DNA from: Podarcis melisellensis
Taxonomy: Eukaryota
Length of the DNA stretch: 64,000 nt
Reading direction: 5' to 3' (one strand)
Assembly: GCA_964234715.1 (NCBI GenBank)
Contig: OZ174276.1
Below the pieces are notes generated by a model. The model did no database searches. It saw only the letters and a list, made by a program, of their open reading frames with translations, and was not told the origin of the DNA. Both the position numbers and the translations under genes were made by a program. Of the stretch, positions 1 to 11,482 are shown in pieces. Position 1 is the first letter of the stretch; each line of letters begins with the position of its first letter.

Positions 1-2817
1 GTGCTGGGGTGGGTAGGGGATGTTCATTAAAAAATCTCCATTGAATAGCACTGAGGATAAGCAAATGAAACCCAACTAGGATGGTTTGCAGCCCGTTACA
101 TGGCAACTCTACTGCTTTGCTGGTGGTGGTTTCAAGGTTTGGGTGATAGATGGGAATAAATTACACCGTGGCTTTAATGGCAGGGGAAAACTGGAATTGT
201 TGAGTGATTGGGAGCACTGCCACATCTGACACAAATGAACAGCTTTTGCACATTTGCATGTTCATTTAAATATATGCAAATTGCCATTGATCAACATTTA
301 GATGCAAATACTGATACTTAGATGTGTCAATCCTACGCTTTTTCCTCTTTTTAATGGAATCTGGAATCTTGCAAAATTCTGTCTAGATTTGCCACTTTGA
401 AGGGAAAGTTTAGGTGCTTAGTTGTGAAAGGTTGTGCTGGCATCTAAATTTTAAGTGACAATGCCACACTCACCCATCTAGCTCATTGTGCATATATACT
501 TGTCCTTAATTTAGCTAGTATGCATGTACTAGGGTGGCTATTAATTAATTTATTTTTAAAGCTCTTTGTAAATAATTGGAAGGCTGTTTTTAAAATCTTG
601 TTCTGCTGGGTAATTGTTCTTGGCAGCCCACTTGGCCTAAATGGACGTGTCAGGTGATTATGTATTGATCAACAGGAATTAAAGTACATCTCCACAGTCT
701 GACAAAGCTTATCAATAAATGTGAGCTGCAGTGGAAGCCTCATAGGATTCTATGATCATTCATAACTTGTCTCGTTCTTTGGGTATGAAAGGATGTGTGA
801 GTTTGTGTGAGGGGGGGATCAAAGCCAGTTTAAGAAGTCAAAAGAGGGCATAAATTTTTGCCCAGCCTACAGGTCAGCCTTCTTCAGAGCATGAGATCAA
901 ATAACTGAGCATATTAAAGAATCTTAAGTGACCTATAACTTTGTTGTTGTCTTTGGAGTAGATGAGAAATTGGTCTGGATCCATGACTTAGCAGGCAATC
1001 TTACAAACAAGACTAATGTGAGAAGGTCAAAACCTAGATTTGCAATTTTAAGTAGATCCATTCTCTAACTGTAAACATGCCTCAGTCGTGAGGCTCTTGC
1101 AGAGCGAAATATGTTGTATGTATGTCTCTTCTGGTGACAGGTCACCAATTCACAGATCTATATAGCATTCTCAAGTCCAATATTTGTTCATAGAATCCAT
1201 TTGTTTCTTGGTCAAGTTGAGTCTACTTCACACAGGCATGTTCATTGCTTGGTATCTAATCTTTTGGTGATTTCCAACCATAAGTGTGATCTGTCATCAC
1301 TGAGGTTGTTGGGTGATATGAAAGTCCCATCTGTTGTGAATTGTGATCAAACGGCAATCCTGGCTCCTGTTACCTTCTCTCAGGAGGCTAAAAAAAGCAG
1401 TGCTACTTTTAAGAGCTCATGTTTGTCCCAAAGAAGGCCACTTTTCTTGTTAACTCAGCCTCACAGCTTAGTGGTTGAGAATAATTGTCCTGAGAGGGAA
1501 TCAGCTGAAAATAATCCTCACCTTTTCCGCTCAGTGCTGTTTACTGCATTGTGTTGCTGTTTTAATAGGTAGTTTGGAGGTGCCAGAGTTGCTTGTTGAA
1601 GCTGCAAATAGCCCAAGAACACTATGAGTAATTATATAGGGGGGGTTGGGGTCCGGAAAAGGGTTCCTTTCTCTTCATCCTGTGGTTGTTTTCCTATTAT
1701 GGTCAAGTCATTCTGTGCTTGGGTCTAGTCAGTGTGGTAGTTGGCCTCAGACAGGAGGTGGGACCTACAGTCCTACAGCGCATTATTTTCTCAAAGTTAT
1801 ATTTGTTTCTTCCTGGCAACATATTCCAATACACTTCACTGTATTGGGAGCTTTAATTAGTAGTAAGTAGGGCTTTGCATTGCTCACCTGGAATGCTGAG
1901 GGAAGTTGGTTTGGATCTAACATAGTAGAAAATGCCCTTTTATTCCTTACAGTGGACATTCCTTTTATTCCTTACAGTTCTTTTTTCAAGTCTCATGTAA
2001 AACTGACTTTCCTAGAAATTGAATTGTTCGGCAAGCTTAGAATCCAATAAACTAAAAGCTGCTACAACCTTGCCAAAATCCTTTGATCCTTTGGCTGTGC
2101 CACACGGTGCTGTTCTTTCTGCAAGGCTGCCATCTCTTTCTCTGCTGCAGTTTTCATTGTGGAGTTTCCCGTCTGTTTTCTCCAGTCAAACCAGTCCATT
2201 TTGATAAAACTAGCTTTGTTGCCCTCATTTGAGCATTGACTATTTTCACTGCCCTCCAGGATCCCTGTTGCTCAGTTTTCTTTAACCCTTGAAATGTTTG
2301 AGGCCCCCTTTAGGTCATTTCAGAAACTTCTGAGGGCTTTGGGCTCTCTGGCTTTTATTACATGAGAGTGCTTTGCTATCTTCAGGAGCCCAGAGAACCA
2401 AGAAATAGTGTTTCATGGGAAAGCTCTGCTTCAATCAACATGGGTTTTTAAATACTCACCTCAAATTTCCTCTGTGCTGAAGGTGCAAGTGGGAACTAAT
2501 TATGGAAGTCTTGGCTTTCTAAATGATACCTTTTAAGTGTTGCCTTTAAATCTTTAGATAGTCTACAAGCCAAAGAAAAGTATCAGGGTTCTGGGTCATA
2601 AGTCCAGAGCTTGATTGGGATTTGCATGCAGGTCTCTGAGTGACTTACTGTAGAACTGCAAGGTTGCACACTCCCAGTTGCTTTACAGTAGCAACAACTG
2701 AGAAACTTTCACCTAGATTAAGTCGCTTAAAAAAAGGTGGGGTCAGGAATGGATTTTTGTGTTAAAGGACATGTGAGCTTGGTTCTGGTACTGATCACAC
2801 CTTTCTTTTGCCTAGAG

Positions 2818-2953
2818 CAGTAATGGCGAAAGTTGGCCCTCCACCTGTTTTGGGACTACAATTCCCACCATCCCTGACCACTGGTCCTGTTAGCTAGGGA
2901 TGATGGGAGTTGTAGTCCCCAAACAGCTGGAGGGCCAAGTTTGGCCATCACTA
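2818..2953. mobile_element. Palindromic non-autonomous hAT-type MITE
   Basis: Self-complementary body (ggactacaattcccaccatcc / ggatgatgggagttgtagtcc); 8-bp TSD gcctagag/gcctaaag. Confidence 0.8.
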
Positions 2954-3579
2954 GCCTAAAGTATAGAGGAGGGAAGAAACTTTTGCAGCTCCCCTTAACC
3001 CAGCAAAACTTTATTTGTTAAGAGGTGGACAAGTTATATAGGAAATGCACCCAAACTATGAAAAGAGATCAAAGGTTTAGAAGAAAAGGTGATTTCTAAC
3101 TCTCCCACCATCAAGCACCATCTAATTAAATGTTTCCCCCCTTTCCTTTGCTGTTAAGATGGGGGGTCAAACTTAAAAAAGAATTTGCGTGCATGTAGGT
3201 TAACCAGATAGTAAATGTGGTGTAAAATAAAACACATAAGAACAAGAATCAGTGTGTGATCAGTTTACTTCGTGTCTTCTGAACAGAAACATTTCATAGG
3301 TGAAAGGAACGGCGCAGGAACATGTTAAAAGCAAAAGTGACTTATGGTATTTGCAGCCAAGAATAGCATTGCCCTTGAGACTGCAGTCGGGTACTTTTAT
3401 GAGAGAGCAAGTCCCCTTGAACTCAGTGGGATTTACTTCTAAGGAAACATGCATAAAATTGGGCTGTTACTTAGAGTGTATGGGATTAAAGTTCCTCCTT
3501 GGTGCATGTGACATTGCACAGAAACAGAAGGGTTTGATGGCCATAAGAAATGGTCCTCTAAGGGAGCATGTTTTGTTGC

Positions 3580-3581
<2 letters not shown>

Positions 3582-3626
<45 letters not shown>
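3582..3626. repeat. (CT)n microsatellite
   Basis: Perfect CT run. Confidence 0.95.
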
Positions 3627-3629
<3 letters not shown>

Positions 3630-4454
3630 CCTCTTAACATTCGGTTTCGGATACATTTATCTTTGTGAGTAAACACTGCTGCCCCTTAGTGGCTCTGAAT
3701 TTATTTGTTTTATTTTTAAGCAAACCACAGATTTCTTAAAGAGTTTATTTTCCCCTAGCTTCTTTCTTTGCATGGATAAGCTGAAAACATTTTCTGGGCC
3801 TTACAGGTTTTCCTTTTTCGTTTCTTTTCCTTTCCTTTATCTCCTCTGCATCTGCCCTACAAACAGCAGCCAGGATGATGATCTGGAATACAAAGGAAGA
3901 GCCATGTGTTAAACTGCAAAGAGCAGCTGAATTCTTGAGGTCTGTGGTCCTTGTAGCCCAAAACCACATCCTCCGGAAGTACAAAGCTTGAGTTCTTGCT
4001 GGGCCAGATGGAATGACCACAGGAAATGACTCCAGATAGTCATCTTTGGCAAAAAGCCATGCAATACCCTAATGTAAGGGGAGAGTTACTCTCCCTTGCA
4101 ATTAATGTAGATTTCCCCACCACCAGTTGAAATTAAGCTCTCTAGATAGGCTAGCTGTGCTTAATTGGAAATATCCTAATTGCAACATAGATTTGAAAAA
4201 AGGCTTTTGAATTACCATCCTCCTTCTTAAACATTTCATCATTTTTAAACAACCAAGTTAAGAGTGAGGTCTTGCAAGTTTATTAGCGTAATCAGATTTT
4301 TGCCCCAACAACCGTATACTGTAGCCTAATCCTGCAAAGTTTTGAGTTAGTGGAATTTTTGCCGAAGACTTTGCTCAGGACTCTGCTCTGAAAGTAATTC
4401 TTCCTACATCTTATTTTGACTACAATACCCAGTCACTTTCCTTGCATGCCCTGA

Positions 4455-4735
4455 TGTGACTACACTGGCTACCAATTAGTTTCCAATTCAAAGTGCTGGT
4501 TTTGGTCTATAAAGTATTGTGCTGTTTGTACCCAAATATCGCAAGGACCACTTTTCACATGAATCAACATGGGCATCTGATACCCATCTCTATGCTCTCC
4601 CCTGAGGGAGGATGTGGAGGGTGGTGGCATGAGAATGAGTCTTCTCAGTGGCAGCTCCCTGTTTATGGAATGCTTTCCCCAGAGGGCATGCCTGGCGCCA
4701 TCACATTTTAAGTTTATTAGACATTCATAGGGTGT
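4455..4735 (+). mobile_element. Degenerate L2-type LINE 3' fragment
   Basis: ctacactggctaccaatt...caattcaaagtgctggttttggtctataaag gives the LHWLPI...QFKVLVLVYK motif of the L2 ORF2 C-terminus. Boundaries approximate. Confidence 0.65.
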
Positions 4736-4972
4736 GGTGTGTGGTATCGTAATTGCTTCTCTAGCTCAGAGCATGCGACAATGGTATCAAGTAAGTATCA
4801 AGAAGGACCTATCTGCACCAATCTCAATTGTCACCTGTTTCCATCTCTCCATCACCTTGCCTCTTAAAGCTCACATTGGGCTCTTAAGATGTTGTCATGA
4901 TCACGAGAAAAGCACATTATAGTCTGTAGCACATGTGGAGACCTAATGTTTGTCTTGTTCCCTATGACACAG

Positions 4973-5107
4973 GTGGAGATTTGGCATCTGCAGATCCCAT
5001 GTTCCTGGAGCAGTATGTGGTGGTGGCAGATTACCAGAAGCAAGAGAGCTCTGAGATTAGCTTGTGTGCTGGCCAAGTGGTGGACATAATTGAGAAGAAT
5101 GAATCTG
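4973..5107 (+). CDS. SH3PXD2B: SH3PXD2B (Tks4) coding exon, N-terminal part of SH3 domain 1 (probably orthologous to human exon 7)
   Basis: gacacag|GT acceptor and TCTG|gtaagg donor; 135 nt, phase 1-1. Encodes [46 protein letters not shown], which matches the Tks4 first SH3 domain. Confidence 0.96.
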
Positions 5108-5136
5108 GTAAGGAGAGTGCAATGGAAGCTTTAAAT

Positions 5137-5330
5137 TAGATATATGCCTTGAGATTTCAATAAGGCTTTTGACAAAGCCCCCTTTATAGACTTGCAGAGA
5201 AACTGGTAAAATGTGTACTGGACAAGATAATTGTTAGGTGGATTTGTAGCTGGTTCACTGACTCCTCGGGAGGTGGAGGACTCTCCTTCATTGGAGATTT
5301 TTAAGCAGAGGTTGGATGGCCATCTGTCAT
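5137..5330 (+). mobile_element. CR1 LINE fragment (RT remnant joined to 3'-end remnant), left part
   Basis: Encodes DFNKAFDKAP and LAEKLVKCVLDKIIVRWICSW (CR1 RT-like), followed by the CR1 3' motif ctccttcattggagatttttaagcagaggttggatggccatctgtc. Confidence 0.75.
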
Positions 5331-5712
5331 GTAAAGCTAAAAATGTAAAGGACCCCAAGGTGGTTAAGACCAGTCAAAGGCGACTATGGGGTGTGGCACT
5401 CATCTCCGCTTTCAGGCCGAGGGAGCCAGCATTTGTCCACAGCTTTCCGGGTCATATGGCCAGCATGACTAAACCACTTCTGGCACAACAGACACCGTGA
5501 TGGAAGCCAGAGTGCATGGAAACGCTGTTTACCTTCCCGCTGCAGCGGTACCTATTTATCTACTTACACTGGTGTGATTTCGAACTGCTAAGTTCGCAGA
5601 AGCTGGGAGAGAGCAACAGAAGCTCACCCCGTCGTGCAGATTTGAACTGCTGACCTTCTGATCAGCAAGCCCAAGAGGCTCAGTGGTTTAGACCACATCA
5701 CCACCCGCATCC
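5331..5712 (-). mobile_element. Sauria SINE, antisense, nested in CR1
   Basis: Characteristic body (tttccgggtcatatggccagcatgact...ggaaacgctgtttaccttcccgctgcagcggtacctatttatctact), tRNA-like head at the right end and a degenerate (AAAGGT)n tail at the left. Confidence 0.85.
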
Positions 5713-5730
5713 TTTCTTTTACCTTTACCC

Positions 5731-5822
5731 GTCATATACAATCTAGCTGAGATTCCTGCTTTGCAAGGGGTTGAACTAGATGACCCTCGGGGTCCCAAAT
5801 CTACAATTCTGTGATTCTATGA
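5731..5822 (+). mobile_element. CR1 3' terminus, right part
   Basis: gattcctgctttgcaaggggttgaactagatgaccctcggggtccc...attctgtgattctatga, the CR1 terminal (ATTCTRTG)n repeat. Confidence 0.8.
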
Positions 5823-7903
5823 AAAGAGCTTGTAAACGGGATCTCCTGTTCCTTGTAGGCTTCAAATGAGATCTGAAGCCCAGTGCCTGTTTTGTGGAGG
5901 TGGATGAGACATTTAAGCAGGCTAGCATCTATCTATATAGGAGGGTCATGCATCTATCAGCTTGTGATGACTAACATCTACATGCAATAAATGCCAAGGT
6001 TTAAGGGCTTCTATTGCAGCCTCTGATACACAAATCACTCAGCTATATGCTTTAGGTGGTATTGTCCTTGGCAACAAGTTACACAGGCACAAAGCTCCCA
6101 TTTCAGAGTCAACATATTACATTAATAAAAGGACCATGCCATTCTTAGTTGCCAGTCCAGCTTTTTTGATGGGAAAGTAATGTGCTCACCTTCTTACAAT
6201 TATCTTAGTTTATTTAGTAACATGACCCATTGTAGAAGGAGCTATGCTTAGAATTAAATTAATGTCTTTCTTTCCCCACCCAAGGAAATAATATATACAA
6301 TACTTTTGCCTTCCTTATTTAAGTAAAATAAGAAGTCGCCTTGAAAAATAGCTTTGGACTTGCATTTTGACAACAGAGAAACTTCTACTATAGGATTATA
6401 ATAGTAGGCGATTTGTTTTTTTCAGCACAATGAAGCAAATTACTTACTGCTCAATTTCTATCCACCAGCCATCCATTGTGAAGCAGTGACACCAACGTTG
6501 TTGCTGTTTCAAAGCACACTGTGCTGAATTTTTATGGATAATTTTAAACTTCACACTATTCTCTTATTGAATAGCTTTCTATAAATTACCATCTTGATTT
6601 GCTTCGATGTCATATAGAGGTCAAACCATTTCATAGTTATTCCCTGAATACCTTGTGTTACCATTCAGAATAGGGTTTTTTTATGAATTCTGAATTCACA
6701 TAAAAAGACAAGTGCACAATAAATTGAATTACTGTATTAATTAAGCTGGGTTTATTGTCCGAGCTCAACAACATAAAGAGAATGATAAAGAAATAAAATT
6801 ATCTATGTGTAAAAGTCAACTCCCAACGTTCTGTCATTCTCCCCAAACATTGTGTTATGCTTAGTGCGACTAAGAAAGTCTTAAGGCAGAGCTATGCAAA
6901 CACAGTCTTGCTTGTTTCTCTGCAGCTTCCATTGGGTTCTGTGGAACATTATGGGCTGCTGTCTAGGACCTAGTTGAGAGGGTTGTTGACTGTTTTACTC
7001 TCCAGAATCAGCAGCAGGTTTAGCTGGTGTCTCTTCACCCCTGAAATGGCTTCCATTTTCATATAACAAAAACTACTACCTGAAGACAATATTGTGGAGG
7101 AGGCAAAATAATGCCAATCTCCCCTGCTCCTGACAGGCTAAATAATATCCCTTCTCCCCTTTCTGAAGGCTCTTCCAGTGCTGATCTACTTTCTAGCAGG
7201 TGACATAAAACTTTATAAGCTTATTGGAGACTTTCCAGAAGAACTGAGCTCTTTTTATATAGACCAAGTGATTTAGCGTTTAAGGACATCCTGCCAATTT
7301 GATGTAACGTTTGCGATTGGGAAGCAGTATAGGGTATAGCTATGATTATGTCAATGATTTTAAAATATGTGATCATTTTAATAAAAAAATATTCAAACAT
7401 TGTGTGACCTTCTAAAGATTTAGTGTCTGTAGTAGTGTGGGAGCAGCTGAGATGTGATAACTCTGAGAACGTTTTCTCCCATAGCCTAAAATAAAAGAAG
7501 AGCCAATTCCTTGGAGGTTGGTTTTATTTATTTGTGGGTTAGAACATGTATTTTAGTGTAAACACAGAATTCCAGGATCTTACAACAGATGAAAGTACAA
7601 TTTTATGAAAACATTTCCAAAATAGTAAGTTCTTTTTTTAAAAAAAAATCATTGCTTCGTGAAATAGAACATTGACAGATTAAAAAGATATTCAGTAACG
7701 AGTGGAAAGCCATGAAGGAGGGAGACAATTGCACTTCACAGTGTAAGGTAATACATTATCTTGGTCCAGCCACTGAGAAAGTGTTCTCCTTCTCTTGTCC
7801 CACCCAGCTGTTTCTCCACAGCTGGAATGGATGGAATGGGTTCAGTTCCAAAGTGAGAACTTAATGTGGCTTTTCAGCTAATGCTATTTCCCTTTCCCTT
7901 TAG

Positions 7904-8008
7904 GCTGGTGGTTTGTGAGCACATCAGATGAACAAGGATGGGTCCCAGCTACATGCTTAGAAGTTCAGGATGGAGCCCAGGATGAATTTTCAATGCAACC
8001 TGAAGAAG
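7904..8008 (+). CDS. SH3PXD2B: SH3PXD2B coding exon, C-terminal part of SH3 domain 1
   Basis: ccctttag|GC acceptor and GAAG|gtgaga donor; 105 nt, phase 1-1. Encodes [34 protein letters not shown]. Not in the ORF track; found by reading the sequence. Confidence 0.96.
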
Positions 8009-8900
8009 GTGAGAAAATGGCTTAAGAGAAGCTCCCCAATAATTCCTGGGTTTATTATTTGAACTGCTCTAGTCCAGCTAAATTTTTCAGGCTGTTGTCC
8101 AGGGAGCAAAAACTCCAGTTTGGTTTGCATTTTAAAAAGTCCTAACATCTCTCCTCTCTAGCAAGCTCCCATGAAGGCTGAACTGGATATCACTGACAGA
8201 GAAGGTGGTGCTAATGAGCTTGCTTGAGCCTTTCCCAGCCTTCAGTATCCAACTTTTCCTCCATCTTTGAGCCACAAGCCACACCAGCCTTTGATATGAA
8301 GAGCACATATTCTGAATTAAGACATCTGAATGGGTGCTTTGTTGGGTAATTTATTTTTTTTATGACAGCTGCTGTTATCCTATTGCATTGCACCTGAATA
8401 ATATTTGATACAGCTGTCCACACTGGAAAGTCCCAAGTGGTTTACATGGACTCCACGGTGGTTTCTCTTCCCCTTTCTGCTCAAGTTCACATGCACTTAT
8501 TTTCAACAATGCGGCAACAGCAGGTGCTCCTGTGACATTTGCTAGGTCCTCCCCATGGTGGCTTCTTGTGATGGAATGAGAAATGCAGAGACAGACATCA
8601 ACAAAACAGGTCTAAAGTGTCAAAAGTGCACAACGCTTTTTGAGGAACTTCTTGAGTTTGTTGTGATTTCTTCGTTCCTTCCTTTTTTAGAAGGTGCAGA
8701 TACTTCTCATTTCTAATATGACGCCTTTGTTAAGCAAAGCATCCAAGTCTTTCATATGAGCTGTGGAGGGATCAAGGTGCATTGTCTGGTTGTGGAATTG
8801 TCTGCTCTATTAAACAAGGCTGATACTTCCAAGGAGTGAAGAGCTGCCTCCTTACACCCTGTTTTGTCCCTCTCCTGCTTCCCCAACATGCTCCTCCCAG

Positions 8901-8984
8901 TCCCATGGAGATACTGGTCTCTTCCCAGGCACGTGGGCCGCCGTCGGACTCTTGGGGACTTGTACACCAGTGGATGGGGTCAAG
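8901..8984 (+). CDS. SH3PXD2B: Putative alternatively spliced 84-nt cassette exon of SH3PXD2B (SH3-1/SH3-2 linker insert)
   Basis: Long pyrimidine tract ending ctcctcccag|TC and weak donor CAAG|gtggat; 84 nt, phase 1-1, no stop. Encodes VPWRYWSLPRHVGRRRTLGDLYTSGWGQ. Three TGCATG elements follow at 9054, 9079 and 9091. Confidence 0.8.
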
Positions 8985-9053
8985 GTGGATGCCGTGGAGA
9001 TTGCTTTTATTGACCTCCATTTGTGCTTTGGACATTTGTCTACTTCCCGTTTC

Positions 9054-9096
9054 TGCATGTGCTGCCCATTGTGGTGTTTGCATGCGTTGTTGCATG
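9054..9096 (+). promoter_or_regulatory. Cluster of three RBFOX-type intronic splicing elements (TGCATG)
   Basis: TGCATG at 9054-9059, 9079-9084 and 9091-9096, 70-112 nt downstream of the cassette-exon donor. Confidence 0.7.
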
Positions 9097-9550
9097 TAAT
9101 ATATTACTCATTCACTGGGAATCCACCCTTTGTATTTCCTTGTGTGCATTGCTGGTCATATATGTTAAACCCCCACCCACCCCTCTTTCTCCTGCTTCTG
9201 GTACTTACTGTGTCAATGCCTCATGATTTAGGAGTTCTGGTCTTCTGTGCCAGACTAGAGAGGATGTTAAGTGCTCCTTTACATTCAACTTGCAAGTGCT
9301 AAAAAATGCAAATTGCATTGAGTGGGCTGATAATTACTGGGCTACAGCTGGCATGGTGAGAGAATTTTTCTCTTTGTTTCCCCTGTTATGGTCTTAAGGA
9401 AAATCTCAGAAGCCAGTATTTGTTCTAGGAGACATTTCTCCTCCAAAGCAAATACCACCTTTCAAAAGAGGAATTTCCTCAAGACTCCAAGGATATGTGC
9501 ATGCAAAGTTTAAATTCTCCCTCCATAACTGCTGTGAGCCTATAAATTAT

Positions 9551-9580
9551 CACACACACACACACACACACACGCACACA
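9551..9580. repeat. (CA)n microsatellite
   Basis: CA run with one interruption. Confidence 0.9.
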
Positions 9581-10008
9581 CGTCCGGCTGATGCAATTAA
9601 TAAGCACACACTAGCATGTTAAATATGAAGATACATTTAATGTCTTGTCTGGTTGCCCTTAGTTGACTCAGATATTTGCTTCTTGCACAGTGTTTCTAGC
9701 TTATCTTAAATCTAGAAGGAAAACAAAGACTGGCACAGACCTGCTGGATGTAATCGGCCACATCTCAGAGTTTTCGTGCTTTGGCTGTGTTCCTTATAAT
9801 TCCTGTTGCATCCTGATGCCATGACATCTGTTTGATGCTCTGCTGATGTGCTTCTGATTTGTCAGGAAGTACAGCGTGGAGCATGTTGGTTGTGTGCTCA
9901 GGCACTTGGAACACATTTTATGGCTAAACATTTCAGGTGGACACATACATCCACTGAAGTACCTCATCGTGAAGTTGGCAGTTCAAGGTTATGTTAGTCT
10001 AACCAAGT

Positions 10009-10183
10009 GCTTGTCCACACTTTGCTTGTCCCTGAGTGGTTTTCTGCTTGCCCCACCACTTCCCCGGGAAAACCTGCACTGAATGGAAGGAAATATAAGT
10101 CCACGAAAAACCTGCTCCGAATCAGCAGTAAAGAGTGGCTTTTCCTGGAGAATGTGGCAACTCAAACTGAAGTGTGGATGAGC
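10009..10183. mobile_element. Old MITE with inverted termini (PIF/Harbinger-like)
   Basis: Inverted pairs cttgtccacactt ... aagtgtggatgag and ttccccgggaaaa ... ttttcctggagaa. Confidence 0.5.
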
Positions 10184-11248
10184 TCATATACTGCAGTTCT
10201 GTGAGTGGAAAGGACTGTGCATGTTGTTTCAGCTCTTCCTGCCAGAGATATCATTAAACTATCATTAAACTAGCTGTGAAACTGATTCCTGGCTCTGCAC
10301 GAGGCATTTCTAGAAATGGGGACTGCAGATGAGTATTGAATGCCAATGGCAGTCTTGCTGAGGCAGACTAGCTGGCATCACTTTGGCAGCTGTGCATAGG
10401 GAAAGCAGGCCACAAAAGCATTATTTGTTATTTGTCAGTAATGCAGGTGGTGTGTGTGTGCTTGGATTTCTTGCTTCTCTTTCTGTAGAGTTGTCGTGAT
10501 TATGTTTTTAGTGATACCAAGTTCTTCCGCCTAGTCTTAGCTAGCCGTTACTTCCTTTTCCTCTGGATCGTCACTGGAAATTGGTTACAAGCCTTATGGC
10601 TCTGGTGTTGGCATAATGCGCATTCCCCCAGAACTTTACCCACAGTCTGGTACTAGGGAGGATGGAAGGCAGTGGCAGCTAACCTGGAGTTATTGCAGGA
10701 GCTGTGAAATAGCTGCTTATTGGAGTGGTGTGGTTCCTTGAGTGCTATAACTTGGAAGGAGCATGGTCTCTTTAATTGCGCAGGAGAAGCTATCTGTGAG
10801 TCTCTGGTGTTACAGCGCTCATGTGAGTGGAGCACTCAAATGAACACTTGTGCACCCAGATAAAGCTGCTGAAACAACATTGGAACTGATGCTTAAGGTG
10901 TTTAGTATTGGACACTTAGGGCTAATGGAAAAGCAGATTCTTTTTAGAACAGGCCTGTGCAACACCCCACCCCTGACAAGCCCGGCGTACGCAGTCCACC
11001 TCATTTCCACTGACCACCTATTACAGCTGCCTGTCTTCAATTGGAAAAACAGAGAGGTTGTCACGCACCAGGCAGGGGCTGATAGGGTGTATTAGACTTG
11101 CAGGAGGGTATTACAAGTTATGTGACTAGATTTTTGGAAGCTTGTGTCAGGTGGATAGGCTCTCAACCCCGGTGTGTGATGCACCCGATTGCCAACCTTC
11201 CCATGCCGTGTAATCCAGTTCAGAGTGCTAGACTTAAATAAAGTTTGA

Positions 11249-11482
<234 letters not shown>

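Noticed and set aside
3300-3676. ORFs with LSLSLS or RERERE repeats
   Set aside because: Translation of the (CT)n microsatellite.
1-4972. Search for the short upstream SH3PXD2B exon (EHIGKKKS-like) and the PX-domain exons
   Set aside because: No segment with matching peptide and AG/GT ends was found (for example, 1384 EAKKS lacks a donor). They probably lie upstream of the window.
8929-8984. Internal acceptor cttcccag|gc within the cassette exon
   Set aside because: It would give a 56-nt frameshifting exon; the 8901 acceptor preserves frame and has the longer pyrimidine tract.
10500-10828. Possible intronic promoter or exon ending at donor cat|gtgagt
   Set aside because: Joined in phase to the next exon it creates TAG at the junction; the ETS, CCAAT and TEAD motifs alone are weak evidence.
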